Assembly: GCF_035084215.1 (NCBI RefSeq)
Contig: NC_090364.1
Coordinates: 4,464,001 to 4,528,000 of the forward strand
Length of the DNA: 64,000 nt
Direction of reading: 5' to 3'
Origin: Heptranchias perlo
Taxonomy: Eukaryota
Shown one piece after another: positions 1-13,500 of the stretch. The notes under the pieces were generated by a model. It had not been told where the DNA came from, did not search any database, and saw only the letters and a list, made by a program, of their open reading frames with translations. Made by a program: the position numbers and the translations under genes. Position 1 is the first letter of the stretch. Each line of letters starts with the position of its first letter.

Positions 1-1065
1 GTACGCTCCTCGGGACCCGACCAGTTGCAGGTCCCTCAGAGCGTCCTTCCTCTCCTCGTACACCTGCCGCAGGGCCGGATCCTCGGCGGCCTGACCGAGA
101 CGGGACTCCAGGCCAAGCACCTCCTGCTCCAACCGCCTGACCTCGGACTCCCGCCTCTTAGTCGACCCCCTCGCGTACTCTTGACAGAAGAGGCGGACGT
201 GAGCCTTGCCCACGTCCCACCATAGCCTCAAGGAGGAGAAGCCTCCCCGCTTCCCTCTCCAGTCGCTCCAGAACAGACGGAACGAGTCCCGGAACCGCGC
301 GTCCTCCAGCAGCCGGTTGTTAAAGTGCCAGTACGCGGACCCCGACCGGGCGCGGAGCAGAGCGAGCTCCATCCACACCAGGTGGTGGTCCGAGCACGAC
401 ACCGGCCGGATGGAGGCCGACGGGACGCAGGAGGCGTACGCCCGCGAAACGTACAGGCGGTCGATTCTGGTGCTCCCCCCTCCGGCCCTCACAAAGGTGA
501 ACTGGCCGGAGTCGGGATGGAGATTCCGCCAGACGTCCACCAAGTCGAAGGACCCGACCAGGTCCCTCAACTTCTCCGTCGCCGTTCGGGCACGCGCGGG
601 ACCGGAGCGGTCCCTCGCCTCGAGGGTACGGTTAAAATCCCCCCCGAGGATAATGCACTCGCCGGCGTCGACGGAGTTTAGGTAAGTGGACACTTCTTCA
701 AAGAAGCTCACTTGCTCGCCCTCGGACCAGGGGGCGTACACGTTCACCAGGTGAAGCGGCACGTCCCCGTGGCGAAGGGCTACGTGGAGCAAGCGGCCCG
801 GCACCGGCTCCTTGACCCCCAAGATCTCCGGCTGAAAAGTCGGGGCCAACAAGATGGCCACCCCGCTCGAAACGCTGGCGAGGTGACTCAAGTAGACCCC
901 CCCTCCCCATTCCAGGATCCACGTGGCCTCGTCTCCCGGAACGGTGTGGGTTTCCTGCAGAAAGCACACCGCATACTTCCCGTCCCGCAGGACCGAGAAC
1001 TTGTCAAATCTACGGCGGGCGTCTCTGCCGCCGTTGATGTTGAGGCTGGCTATGGTTATCTCCAT
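1..1065 (-). CDS. Copy A ORF2 N-terminal part (APE endonuclease), truncated by the window edge
   Basis: ATG at 1065 (MEITIASLNING...); sequence matches ORF2 of copy B at offset 6858. Confidence 0.88.
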   Translation of the reverse strand, partial: MEITIASLNINGGRDARRRFDKFSVLRDGKYAVCFLQETHTVPGDEATWILEWGGGVYLSHLASVSSGVAILLAPTFQPEILGVKEPVPGRLLHVALRHGDVPLHLVNVYAPWSEGEQVSFFEEVSTYLNSVDAGECIILGGDFNRTLEARDRSGPARARTATEKLRDLVGSFDLVDVWRNLHPDSGQFTFVRAGGGSTRIDRLYVSRAYASCVPSASIRPVSCSDHHLVWMELALLRARSGSAYWHFNNRLLEDARFRDSFRLFWSDWRGKRGGFSSLRLWWDVGKAHVRLFCQEYARGSTKRRESEVRRLEQEVLGLESRLGQAAEDPALRQVYEERKDALRDLQLVGSRGAY

Positions 1066-1094
1066 GGCAAGAGCACAGCGCAACCTACTTAAAC

Positions 1095-3138
1095 CTAACG
1101 CGCGGAGGGAGCGGGGCCGCTCGTCGACCGCCACTCCCTCAAGAGCCCGGTGAGGAGGGATCTGAGCCGACGCAGCCCGACCCCGCCGTCGTCCCCTTCC
1201 GCGGCCACGGACGCGACGGCGGCCAGGACCGAGCGGATTAACTGCGCCGGCTCCGACCAACGGTCGAGGGCCAGCCGGACGCCATCGCGACGACGGCTCC
1301 AACCGGACGCAAAATCCCGGAGTTCCTCAACGGGGATGAGGGGAGACTCGGTGCCGGGCACGAGGGCGTCCACCACCTCACTGGCGGCAAACTCTAAATC
1401 CTCCCCAGTGCCCACCACCGAGTCCCCGTCCTCCTCCGGGTCATCGTCGCCCGCGGCCGACCCGCTCCCCGCACAAAGCGCGGAGAACGAGACGGCCGCG
1501 CCGGCCAGCCCCGCCTCCGCCACGATCCCACCCCCAGGATCGTCGGCAGAGGAGTCCTCCCCGGGCTCCACCGGGGGGTCCGAGTCAGACGGCGGCGCCG
1601 GGCGGGGACCCTCCCCAGCCTCCGAGCGGTGAAAAAACCGGCACCCGGATATAAGGGGAACCCGGGGAAACCGGGGAGAACGTGTACTCAAGTTCTCCCA
1701 CCTCCCCCGGCTCCGAGCCCAGAGACTGAGAGGAGGGGGTCTCCCCACCCACGTCGCCACCGACCGACCCGGCCGGTGAGATATTCTGGTTAAAACCCAC
1801 CACCAGGTCGAGCAGGTCCTGGGAGAGGTCGAGCCGGGGGCAGACGAATTTGGCCGCAACGGCCTCGCCCACCCCGGCACCCAGGACGCCCGACCCGGTG
1901 AACAGGGTGGTATCGGGTAAATGCGGATCCGCGACCCCCCCTATCGGCGGGGTCTCTCCATCCCCCCCGGGAGGCACGGGCACGATCTCCTCCCCCCGAG
2001 AGGTGGATGACCCCCGCCGCTGTTCGGATGTCACGGGCGGGGCCGCAGGATCCGCGACCGGCACCGACTCCCCTTCCACGGGGGGCCGTCCCTTAGCAGG
2101 GAGCCCGTTCGCTTCCGGGGAGTGGCGCCTCTTTTTCTTCCCGGGGGGTCGCGGAGGGAGGGGGAACTCCATGTCTGCTGGGACCCCCACCTCCGCTCCC
2201 TCCTGATCACCCGCCAGCCCGGGCTCTGTCGCGACCGCGAGATGTTGACTGGCCGCGGTCACGGCCTCGGGCTGACTCAGATCTTCTCTGTCCCGGGGAC
2301 CAGCCTCTAAATTCTTCCTCTTTCTCCGCGCCTTTCTCTGGCGAGGGTTCCCCTCCTCCCCCCTGGCGGAGGCCTCGACGCCAACCTCCACCCGCGCAGT
2401 TGACTGTCCCGACGCGGGGGCGGGGTTGGGGGGAGGAGCGGTGGCGGCGCCAGCCCCGGCCGCCGTAGCTGTTTTGGCGGCCTGAGAGGCAGGGCAGTTC
2501 CTCTTCAGGTGCCCCACCTCCTTACAGGCATGGCACCGCCCACCCTCTGCCGTCCAAAAGACGCGGTAAGGGATCCCCTCGTGGAGGGCGTTAAAGCCCC
2601 CCTCCGTAACCTCCTCCCGTGCCAGCTTGACGAATGCCTGGCGACGGAAGGAGTAAACATGCCGGAGGCTGTTCTCCCTGAGTCCGAGCGGCAGCGGCGT
2701 TACCCCCGACCTCACCTCCCCCAGTTGACGTAGGTGGGGGAGGAGGAGCTCGTCCGACAGGAAAGGCGGGACGTTGGATAAAATGACTCGCTGCGCGGTG
2801 GCCTCCAGCGGGTCCACCGGCAGGAAGGTCCCGCCAACCGTGAGCCCCTTACTAAGGGCCAGGGACACCGCCCGCTCGGACCTCAGGAAGAACACCGCCC
2901 TCCCGTACATTTTTGAGGCCGCGACGATGGCCGAGGGGCCGACAACCTCGGCCATGGCCTTTACGCAGGCCTCAATGGTCATGTTGGGGTGGGCGTAGCT
3001 CTTCACCCCATGCTTCCTCGTAATGAGGCGGAAAGGCGCCGGCCCAGCAGGAGCGGCACGAACTGTAGGAGCGGCCCCCGAGGTAACCGCCGCATACGTC
3101 CTGCTGGGTCCCGGCACCGGCGAAGATGGTGAAGCCAT
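1095..3138 (-). CDS. Copy A ORF1 (Tx1-type RNA-binding protein with zinc knuckle, ~680 aa), 1-nt frameshift near 1635
   Basis: MASPSSP start at 3138; CHACKEVGHLKRNC (CX2CX4HX4C); split over ORFs 1585..3162 and 1095..1880 by an A6 run where other copies have A5. Confidence 0.85.
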
Positions 3139-3844
3139 GACTGAGAGCCACACCCACCCCAAGTCTCAGGCCTTTGGATGGAAATTGGCCTTTTTTTTTA
3201 AAAGAATTCTTGAGGATACCTCTCTCCCCGAATCCCAGTGCTTGGTTGGGAGAGGGCCCCTTTGTTGTTTTTATATATTCCCAGAATACCCCGGAGAGCA
3301 AGGGAATATCCCAGAGAGCAGGAGAAGGTGGGAGGGATGGATGGCAGAATGGGAAGGAGGGAGTCTGCAGGGGTCGGCTGCTGCAGAAGTGGGTGGAAGA
3401 GGGGCGGGGTTGCACCTTAAAAGGTGGATCCTCTTCTGCCTGTCTTCCGGTGGGCAGGGGGAGGAGATGTCTTCCCCTAGACAGCTGGAGCTGCCTAGGC
3501 TCAGCCCTCCAAAGATTTGAAAAAGAAAGTAACTTCACCCAGGCAGCTCCAGCTGTCCCGGGCCAGACACTTGGGGGGGGACCCCTGTCCTCTGAAGTCT
3601 TCTTCCTCCCCCTACCTTCAGCCGACACACCTCACTGCACCGACCACCTCTTCCTCCCACTGGTTGGTGCTCTTTTTCTCCTTCTCCCTCCCTCCTTGTT
3701 GATGGTGGTTTCTCCTTCTTTCTCCTTCTCCTTCTCCTTCTCCCCAAGGGACCCAGGCAAGGGCCTGCTCTCTCTGCTCTCTCTGCTCTCCACTCCACTC
3801 AGTGGCAGTCCAGCCACAAACACCTCCAAGGCCTTGCTGGTCTG

Positions 3845-3920
3845 TATTGCAAAGCTCTGATTGGCTCTGGATATCAATCTCTCCCCCAGAGCCCTGTCCT
3901 TTGTTAATTGGTGCTTGGAT
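3845..3920 (+). repeat. 76-bp ferritin-promoter fragment between Tx1 copies A and B
   Basis: tattgcaaagctctgattggctctgg...ttgttaattggtgcttggat aligns with ferritin promoters (e.g. 49148-49227); same sequence as 10407-10482. Confidence 0.9.
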
Positions 3921-4016
3921 TTTTTTTCTTTTTTTTTATTAGGCCCCCCTTTTATAAGAAGGGGTGGTGTGGGGTGTGCTTAACAACTAAAAACCAAACA
4001 AACCAAAACCAAGAGT

Positions 4017-7000
4017 TCAAATCAAAATTTTATTATCCTCGTTCAGGATGCACTCCAGCCCCTGCGGTGCCCACCGGTCGCGGAAAGCCTCGAGTGTACC
4101 GGCAGACACCGCGTGCTCCATCTCCAGGGCCACCCGGGCGCGGAGCAACCCGCGAAAGAGAGGCAGACAGGCCGAGCGCCCACCCCCGCGGACCGCGAGC
4201 ATCCTGGACCTGTGGATAGCCACCTTGGACAGGCCCAGGAGCAGGCCCACGAGAACGTCCACCGACCTGCCCGCCCCCCTCCTCACCGGGCGGCCAAAGA
4301 TCAGGAGCGTGGGACTGAAATGCAGCCAGAACTTGAGGAGCAGCCCCTTCAAATAATGGAACAGGGGCTGCAGTCTCGCACACCCGGTGTACAGATGGAA
4401 CACGGACTCCTCCAGGCCGCAGAAATCGCAAGCGGCCTGGGTGTCCGTAAAATGGCGTAACCGCCGGTTGCACGCGACTGCTCCGTGCGCCACCCTCCAC
4501 CCCAGATCCCCAAAGTAACACGGGAGGACCCCTGTATAGAGAGCCTCCCAATGGGGACCCCCGTCTCCGCCGGACGGCAGGATGGTACGCCAGGGCGTGT
4601 CCGGGCGAGAGACGAGGGCGAGGAAGTGGATGGTGTGCAGGAGCAGCCCGTACAGGAAATCCCTCCGCGCGGTGTGAAACGGCACGGAGGGAATTTCCGA
4701 GAGACGACTCAAGTTGTGAGGCGCGGCCCCCCGAGGGAGGTTCCGGGGTTTGGCGCCGAGGAGGAACTCCGTCCGAACGGGGGTCAGGTCGGACGGGATG
4801 GCTCCGCACGCCTGAGCCGCCTCCACATCCCGAGTGGAGTCAGGGCCGAGCGCCGATTTCAACGCCCGGATGGCGATGGCCGCGTCCCCGGCACGCCACG
4901 AGGACATCCGTGCGGCGAGCGCCCACGGCTCCAACCAACCCGACCCACCGCCATCCAGGACGTCCCTGACTCTGGTCACCCGACCGGCCACGGCCCTCCG
5001 CACCGACAGCCGCGAGTGGCCGAAGCCGATATCGCGGAGGAACGGATTCCCGAGCAGCGGCTCCTGCAGGACGGCCGCTACCCCTGACGGGCGAGAGCTC
5101 CGACCGGAGGCGACCATGTTCCAGACCCTGAGCAGATCCTGGTAAAAGACAGGCAGCTCCTGCAAAGACGTGCGGCCGCCCACCAGCGAGATGAACAGGA
5201 GCTGCGTGTCGTAGTTCAGGCCGTGCAGCTGGCGGAAAAAATACGTCGCCAGCGCACGCCATCTAAGAGGACGCTCAACGTACAGGTATCGCCGCAGCGT
5301 CCGAAGGCGGAAAGTTGCCACCTGGGTGCGGACGCACACCAGCCCCTGACCGCCCTCCCTAAGCGGGAGACTCAGGACCGCGGCAGCGACCCAGTGTATC
5401 CCTCTGGCCCAGAAGAAGTCGACAAACTTCTTCTGAATCTTGGCGACAAACTCAGGGGGGGGGGGTCAAAGTGACCAACCGGTACCACAACATGGCGGCC
5501 ACCAGCTGGTTTATGACCAGCACACGACCCCTGTAGGATAACACTCGGAGCAGTCCTGTCCAGCGCGCCAGGCGAGCGGCGACCTTGGCCTCCAGCTCTT
5601 CCCAGTTCGCCGGCCAGGCTTCCTCGGCAGGGCCGAGGTAGACTCCCAGGTACCGGAGGTGCGTGGTACTCCAGGCGAAAGGCCTGAGCTCCTCCGGCAT
5701 GGAGTCCACCCGCCACTGACCCACCAGGAGTCCGGAACATTTCTCCCAGTTGATCCTTGCGGAAGACGCCGCAGAGTAGACCTCTTGGCACTCGCGCATC
5801 CTCCGCAAGTCAAGGGGATCCGTGACCACGAGGAGCACGTCGTCGGCGTAAGCCGAAAGGACGACCTCCACGTCCGGCTCGCGCAGAGCCAGTCCCGACA
5901 ACCTCTTGCGCAAGAGGCGCAGGAAAGGCTCCACGCAGACGGTGTATAATTGGCCGGACATGGGGCACCCCTGACGCACTCCTCTCCCGAAGCGAAGGGG
6001 CGCCGTCAAGGATCCGTTAACCTTAATCAGACACTCCGCGGCGGCGTACAGAAGTCGGATCCGGGCGACGAAATGCGACCCGAACCCGAAAGCGCGCAGA
6101 GTCCCGAATAGATACTCGTGATCCACCCTGTCGAACGCCTTCTCCTGATCTAAGGAAAGGAAGGCGACCGACAGACCAGCCCTCTGGGAATGGTGGATCA
6201 GGTCCCGGACGAGATGGATGTTATCGTGGATCTTCCGGCCCGGGACCGTGTAGGACTGGTCGGGGTGGATCATGTGGGCCAGCACGGTGCCCAGGCGAGC
6301 AGACATCGCCTTGGCAAAGACCTTATAATCCGTGCTGAGGAGGGAGACCGGGCGCCAGTTTTTAAGGTTGCGGAGATCCCCCTTCTTAGGCAGCAGGACC
6401 ACGACCGCCCTGCGCCACGAAAGGGGCATCTCCCCGGTCGCCAGACATTCCCCCAGGACCCGCGCGTAGTCGCCCCCCAGGACGTCCCAGAAGGCCCTGA
6501 GGAACTCCACGGTCAGCCCGTCCAGCCCCGGGGACTTGCCCCTGGAGAGCTGGTGGAGGGCGCCGGTCAGCTCCGCCAAACTGAGCGGAGCGTCCAGACG
6601 CTCGGCGTCCTCCGGGCCGACCTTCGGCAAGTCCTCCCACAAAACTCTGCGCGCCTCCTCGCTGGACGGATCCGGAGAGAACAGAGCCTCGTAGAAAGAT
6701 CGAGCCCGGGCCCTGACTCCCTCCGGGTCCGAGACGAGGGACCCGTCGTCGGCCAGCAGCGTAAGGAGCTGCTTACGAGCCCCCCGCCGCTTTTCCAGCG
6801 AGTAGAAGAAGGGAGAGCCGCGGTCCAGGTCCCGCAGGAGCTGGAGCCGCGACCTCACGTACGCTCCTCGGGACCCGACCAGTTGCAGGTCCCTCAGAGC
6901 GTCCTTCCTCTCCTCGTACACCTGCCGCAGGGCCGGATCCTCGGCGGCCTGACCGAGACGGGACTCCAGGCCAAGCACCTCCTGCTCCAACCGCCTGACC

Positions 7001-7923
7001 TCGGACTCCCGCCTCTTAGTCGACCCCCTCGCGTACTCTTGACAGAAGAGGCGGACGTGAGCCTTGCCCACGTCCCACCATAGCCTCAAGGAGGAGAAGC
7101 CTCCCCGCTTCCCTCTCCAGTCGCTCCAGAACAGACGGAACGAGTCCCGGAACCGCGCGTCCTCCAGCAGCCGGTTGTTAAAGTGCCAGTACGCGGACCC
7201 CGACCGGGCGCGGAGCAGAGCGAGCTCCATCCACACCAGGTGGTGGTCCGAGCACGACACCGGCCGGATGGAGGCCGACGGGACGCAGGAGGCGTACGCC
7301 CGCGAAACGTACAGGCGGTCGATTCTGGTGCTCCCTCCTGCAGCCCTCACAAAGGTGAACTGGCCGGAGTCGGGATGGAGATTCCGCCAGACGTCCACCA
7401 AGTCGAAGGACCCGACCAGGTCCCTCAACTTCTCCGTCGCCGTTCGGGCACGCGCGGGACCGGAGCGGTCCCTCGCCTCGAGGGTACGGTTAAAATCCCC
7501 CCCGAGGATAATGCACTCGCCGGCGTCGACGGAGTTTAGGTAAGTAGACACTTCTTCAAAGAAGCTCACTTGCTCGCCCTCGGACCAGGGGGCGTACACG
7601 TTCACCAGGTGAAGCGGCACGTCCCCGTGGCGAAGGGCTACGTGGAGCAAGCGGCCCGGCACCGGCTCCTTGACCCCCAAGATCTCCGGCTGAAAAGTCG
7701 GGGCCAACAAGATGGCCACCCCGCTCGAAACGCTGGCGAGGTGACTCAAGTAGACCCCCCCTCCCCATTCCAGGATCCACGTGGCCTCGTCTCCCGGAAC
7801 GGTGTGGGTTTCCTGCAGAAAGCACACCGCATACTTCCCGTCCCGCAGGACCGAGAACTTGTCAAATCTACGGCGGGCGTCTCTGCCGCCGTTGATGTTG
7901 AGGCTGGCTATGGTTATCTCCAT
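4017..7923 (-). CDS. Copy B ORF2 (APE + RT + C-terminal zinc finger), frameshift in G-run at ~5455-5465
   Basis: FLQETH, GGDFN, SDHH; LDQEKAFDRVDH, GVRQGCPMSG, YADD; CDFC..H..C. G11 here versus G10 in copies C and D. Confidence 0.9.
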
Positions 7924-7952
7924 GGCAAGAGCACAGCGCAACCTACTTAAAC

Positions 7953-9996
7953 CTAACGCGCGGAGGGAGCGGGGCCGCTAGTCGACCGCCACTCCCTCAA
8001 GAGCCCGGTGAGGAGGGATCTGAGCCGACGCAGCCCGACCCCGCCGCCGTCCCCTTCCGCGGCCACGGACGCGACGGCGGCCAGGACCGAGCGGATTAAC
8101 TGCGCCGGCTCCGACCAACGGTCGAGGGCCAGCCGGACGCCATCGCGACGACGGCTCCAACCGGACGCAAAATCCCGGAGTTCCTCAACGGGGATGAGGG
8201 GAGACTCGGTGCAGGGCACGAGGGCGTCCACCACCTCACTGGCGGCGAACTCTAAATCCTCCCCAGTGCCCACCACCGAGTCCCCGTCCTCCTCCGGATC
8301 ATCGTCGCCCGCGGCCGACCCGCTCCCCGCACAAAGCGCGGAGAACGAGACGGCCGCGCCGGCCGGCCCCGCCTCCGCCACGATCCCACCCCCAGGATCG
8401 TCGGCAGAGGAGTCCTCCCCGGGCTCCACCGGGGGGTCCGAGTCAGACGGCGGCGCCGGGCGGGGACCCTCCCCAGCCTCCGAGCGGTGAAAAACCGGCA
8501 CCCGGATATAAGGGGAACCCGGGGAAACCGGGGAGAACGTGTACTCAAGTTCTCCCACCTCCCCCGGCTCCGAGCCCAGAGACTGAGAGGAGGGGGTCTC
8601 CCCACCCACGTCGCCACCGACCGACCCGGCCGGTGAGATATTTTGATTAAAACCCACCACCAGGTCGAGCAGGTCCTGGGAGAGTTCGAGCCGGGGGCAG
8701 ACGAATTTGGCCGCAACGGCCTCGCCCACCCCGACACCCAGGACGCCCGACCCGGTGAACATGGTAGTGTCGGGTAAATGCGGAGCCGCGACCCCCCCTA
8801 TCGGCGGGGTCTCTCCATCCCCCCCCGGGAGGCACGGGCACTATCTCCTCCCCCCGAGAGGTGGATGACCCCCGCCGCTGTTCGGATGTCACGGGCGGGG
8901 CCGCAGGATCCGCGACCGGCACCGACTCCCCTTCCACGGGGGGCCGTCCCTTAGCAGGGAGCCCGTTCGCTTCCGGGGAGTGGTGCCTCTTTTTCTTCCA
9001 GGAGGGTCGCGGAGGGAGGGGGGACTCCATGTCTGCTGGGACCCCCGCCTCCGCTCCCTCCTGATCACCCGCCAGCCCGGGCTCTGTCGCGACCGCGAGA
9101 TGTTGACTGGCCGCGGTCACGGCCTCGGGCTGACTGAGATCTTCTCTGTCCCGGGGACCAGCCTCTAGATTCTTCCTCTTTCTCCGCGCCTTTCTCTGGC
9201 GAGGGTTCCCCTCCTCCCCCCTGGCGGAGGCCTCGACGCCAACCTCCACCCGCGCAGTTGACTCTCCCGACGCGGGGGCGGGGTTGGGGGGAGGAGCGGT
9301 GGCGGCGCCAGCCCCGGCCGCCGAAGCTGTTTTGGCGGCCTGAGAGGCAGGGCAGTTCCTCTTCAGGTGCCCCACCTCCTTACAGGCATGGCACCGCCCA
9401 CCCTCTGCCGTCCAAAAGACGCGGTAAGGGGTCCCCTCGTGGAGGGCGTTAAAGCCCCCCTCCGTAACCTCCTCCCGTGCCAGCTTGACGAATGCCTGGC
9501 GACGGAAGGAGTAAACATGCCGGAGGCTGTTCTCCCTGAGTCCGAGCGGCAGCGGCGTTACCCCCGACCTCACCTCCCCCAGTTGACGTAGGTGGGGGAG
9601 GAGGAGCTCGTCCGACAGGAAAGGCGGGACGTTGGATAAAATGACTCGCTGCGCGGTGGCCTCCAGCGGGTCCACCGGCAGGAAGGTCCCGCCAACCGTG
9701 AGCCCCTTACTAAGGGCCAGGGACACCGCCCGCTCGGACCTCAGGAAGAACACCGCCCTCCCGTACATTTTCGAGGCCGCGACGATGGCCGAGGGGCCGA
9801 CAACCTCGGCCATGGCCTTAACGCAGGCCTCAATGGTCATGTTGGGGTGGGCGTAGCTCTTCACCCCATGCTTCCTCGTAATGAGGCGGAAAGGCGCCGG
9901 CCCAGCAGGAGCGGCACGAACTGTAGGAGCGGCCCCCGAGGTAACCGCCGCATACGTCCTGCTGGGTCCCGGCACCGGCGAAGATGGTGAAGCCAT
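7953..9996 (-). CDS. Copy B ORF1, frameshift in C-run near 8820
   Basis: ORFs 8647..9996 and 7953..8762 together match ORF1 of copy A. Confidence 0.85.
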
Positions 9997-10406
9997 GACC
10001 TAAAGAGCCACACCCACCCCAAGTCTCAGGCCTTTGGATTGAAATTGGCCTCTTTTTTTTAAATGAAAACCTTGAGGAAAACCTCTCTCCCCGAATCCCA
10101 GTGCTTGGATGGGAGAGGGGCCCCTTTGTTGGTTTTTAAATTCCCCAAGAACACCCCGGAGAGCAAGGGAATATCCCAGAGAGCAGGAGAAGGTGGGAGG
10201 GATGGATGGCGGAATGGGAAGGACCGACCACCTCTTCCTCCCACTGGTTGGTGCTCTTTTTCTCCTTCTCCCTCCCTCCTTGTTGATGGTGGTTTCTCCT
10301 TCTCCCCAAGGGACCCAGGCAAGGGCCTGCTCTCTCTGCTCTCTCTGCTCTCCACTCCACTCAGTGGCAGTCCAGCCACAAACACCTCCAAGGCCTTGCT
10401 GGTCTG

Positions 10407-10482
10407 TATTGCAAAGCTCTGATTGGCTCTGGATATCAATCTCTCCCCCAGAGCCCTGTCCTTTGTTAATTGGTGCTTGGAT
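10407..10482 (+). repeat. 76-bp ferritin-promoter fragment between Tx1 copies B and C
   Basis: Same sequence as 3845-3920; ends GGAT followed by poly(T). Confidence 0.9.
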
Positions 10483-10578
10483 TTTTTTTCTTTTTTTTTA
10501 TTAGGCCCCCCTTTTATAAGAAGGGGTGGTGTGGGGTGTGCTTAACAACTAAAAACCAAACAAACCAAAACCAAGAGT

Positions 10579-13500
10579 TCAAATCAAAATTTTATTATCC
10601 TCGTTCAGGATGCACTCCAGCCCCTGCGGTGCCCACCGGTCGCGGAAAGCCTCGAGTGTACCGGCAGACACCGCGTGCTCCATCTCCAGGGCCACCCGGG
10701 CGCGGAGCAACCCGCGAAAGAGAGGCAGACAGGCCGAGCGCCCACCCCCGCGGACCGCGAGCATCCTGGACCTGTGGATAGCCACCTTGGACAGGCCCAG
10801 GAGCAGGCCCACGAGGACGTCCACCGACCTGCCCGCCCCCCTCCTCACCGGGCGGCCAAAGATCAGGAGCGTGGGACTGAAGCGCAGCCAGAACTTGAGG
10901 AGCAGCCCCTTCAAATAATGGAACAGGGGCTGCAGTCTCGCACACCCAGTGTACAGATGGAACACGGACTCCTCCAGGCCGCAGAAAATGCAAGCGGCCT
11001 GGGTGTCCGTAAAATGGCGTAAACGCCTGTTGCACGGGACTGCTCCGTGCAACACCCTCCACCCCAGATCCCCAAAGTAACACGGGAGGACCCCTGTATA
11101 GAGAGCCTCCCACTGGGGACCCCCGTCTCCGCCGGATGGCACGCCAGGGCGTGTCCGGCCGAGAGACGAGGGCGAGGAAGTGGATGGTGTGCAGGAGCAG
11201 CCTGTACAGGAAATCCCTCCGCGCGGTGTGAAACGGCACGGAGGGAATTTCCGAGAGACGACTCAAGTTGTGAGGCACAGCCCCCCGAGGGAGGTTCCGG
11301 GGTTTGGCGCCGAGGAGGAACTCCGTCCGAACGGGGGTCAGGTCGGACGGGATGGCTCCGCACGCCTGAGCCGCCTCCACATCCCGAGTGGAGTCAGGTC
11401 CGTGCGCCGATTTCAACGCCTGGATGGCGGCGGCCGCGTCCCCGGCACGCCATGAGGACATCCGTGCGGCGAGCGCCCACGGCTCCAACCAACCCGACCC
11501 ACCGCCATCCAGGACGTCCCTGACTCTGGTCACCTGACCGGCCACGGCCCTCCGCACCGACAGCCGCGAGTGGCCGAAGCCGATATCGCGGAGGAACGGA
11601 TTCCCGAGCAGCGGCTCCTGCAGGACGGCCGCTACCCCTGACGGGCGAGAGCTCCGACCGGAGGCGACCATGTTCCAGACCCTGAGCAGATCCTGGTAAA
11701 AGACAGGCAGCTCCTGCAAAGACGTGCGGCCGCCCACCAGCGAGACGAACAGGAGCTGCGTGTCGTAGTTCAGGCCGTGCAGCTGGCGGAAAAAATACGT
11801 CGCCAGCGCACGCCATCTAAGAGGACGCTCAACGTACAGGTATCGCCGCAGCGTCCGAAGGCGGAAAGTTGCCACCTGGGTGCGGACGCACACCAGCCCC
11901 TGACCGCCCTCCCTAAGCGGGAGACTCAGGACCGCGGCAGCGACCCAGTGTATCCCTCTGGCCCAGAAGAAGTCGACAAACTTCTTCTGAATCTTGGCGA
12001 CAAACTCAGGGGGGGGGGTCAAAGTGACCAACCGGTACCACAACATGGCGGCCACCAGCTGGTTTATGACCAGCACACGACCCCTGTAGGATAACACTCG
12101 GAGCAGTCCTGTCCAGCGCGCCAGGCGAGCGGCGACCTTGGCCTCCAGCTCTTCCCAGTTCGCCGGCCAGGCTTCCTCGGCAGGGCCGAGGTAGACTCCC
12201 AGGTACCGGAGGTGCGTGGTACTCCAGGCGAAAGGCCTGAGCTCCTCCGGCAGGGAGTCCACCCGCCACTGACCCACCAGGAGTCCGGAACATTTCTCCC
12301 AGTTGATCCTTGCGGAAGACGCCGCAGAGTAGACCTCTTGGCACTCGCGCATCCTCCGCAAGTCAAGGGGATCCGTGACCACGAGGAGCACGTCGTCGGC
12401 GTAAGCCGAAAGGACGACCTCCACGTCCGGCTCGCGCAGAGCCAGTCCCGACAACCTCTTGCGCAGGAAAGGCTCCACGCAGACGGCGTATAATTGGCCG
12501 GACATGGGGCACCCCTGACGCACTCCTCTCCCGAAGCGAAGGGGCGCCGTCAAGGATCCGTTAACCTTAATCAGACACTCCGCGGCGGCGTACAGAAGTC
12601 GGATCCGGGCGACGAAATGCGACCCGAACCCGAAAGCGCGCAGAGTCCCGAATAGATACTCGTGATCCACCCTGTCGAACGCCTTCTCCTGATCTAAGGA
12701 AAGGAAGGCGACCGACAGACCAGCCCTCTGGGAATGGTGGATCAGGTCCCAGACCAGATGGATGTTATCGTGGATCTTCCGGCCCGGGACCGTGTAGGAC
12801 TGGTCGGGGTGGATCATGTGGGCCAGCACGGTGCCCAGGCGAGCAGACATCGCCTTGGCAAAGACCTTATAATCCGTGCTGAGGAGGGAGACCGGGCGCC
12901 AGTTTTTAAGGTTGCGGAGATCCCCCTTCTTCGGCAGCAGGACCACGACCGCCCTGCGCCACGAAAGGGGCATCTCCCCGGTCGCCAGACATTCCCCCAG
13001 GACCCGCGCGTAGTCGCCCCCCAGGACGTCCCAGAAGGCCCTGAGGAACTCCACGGTCAGCCCGTCCAGCCCCGGGGATTTGCCCCTAGAGAGCTGGTGG
13101 AGGGCGCCGGTCAGCTCCGCCAAACTGAGCGGAGCGTCCAGACGCTCGGCGTCCTCCGGGCCGACCTTCGGCAGGTCCTCCCACAAAACTCTGCGCGCCT
13201 CCTCGCTGGACGGATCCGGAGAGAACAGAGCCTCGTAGAAAGATCGAGCCCGGGCCCTGACTCCCTCCGGGTCCGAGACGAGGGACCCGTCGTCGGCCAG
13301 CAGTGTAAGGAGCTGCTTACGAGCCCCCCGCCGCTTTTCCAGCGAGTAGAAGAAGGGAGAGCCGCAGTCCAGGTCCCGCAGGAGCTGGAGCCGCGACCTC
13401 ACGTACGCTCCTCGGGACCCGACCAGTTGCAGGTCCCTCAGAGCGTCCTTCCTCTCCTCGTACACCTGCCGCAGGGCTGGATCCTCGGCGGCCTGACCGA

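Larger units (their letters stand above)
1..3844 (-). mobile_element. Tx1-clade non-LTR retrotransposon, copy A (3' part lies outside the window)
   Basis: 5'UTR ~3139-3844, ORF1 with CCHC knuckle, start of ORF2 with APE endonuclease motifs; near-identical to copies B-D. Confidence 0.93.
3921..10406 (-). mobile_element. Tx1 copy B, near full length (~280-bp deletion in 5'UTR, frameshifts in both ORFs)
   Basis: Poly(T) tail at 3921-3940, 3'UTR, ORF2, ORF1, 5'UTR; deletion junction near 10222 relative to copy A. Confidence 0.95.

Noticed and set aside
1066-1094. Programmed ORF1-ORF2 frameshift or fusion
   Set aside because: A 29-nt spacer with stops precedes a good-context ATG, as in ordinary bicistronic L1/Tx1 elements.
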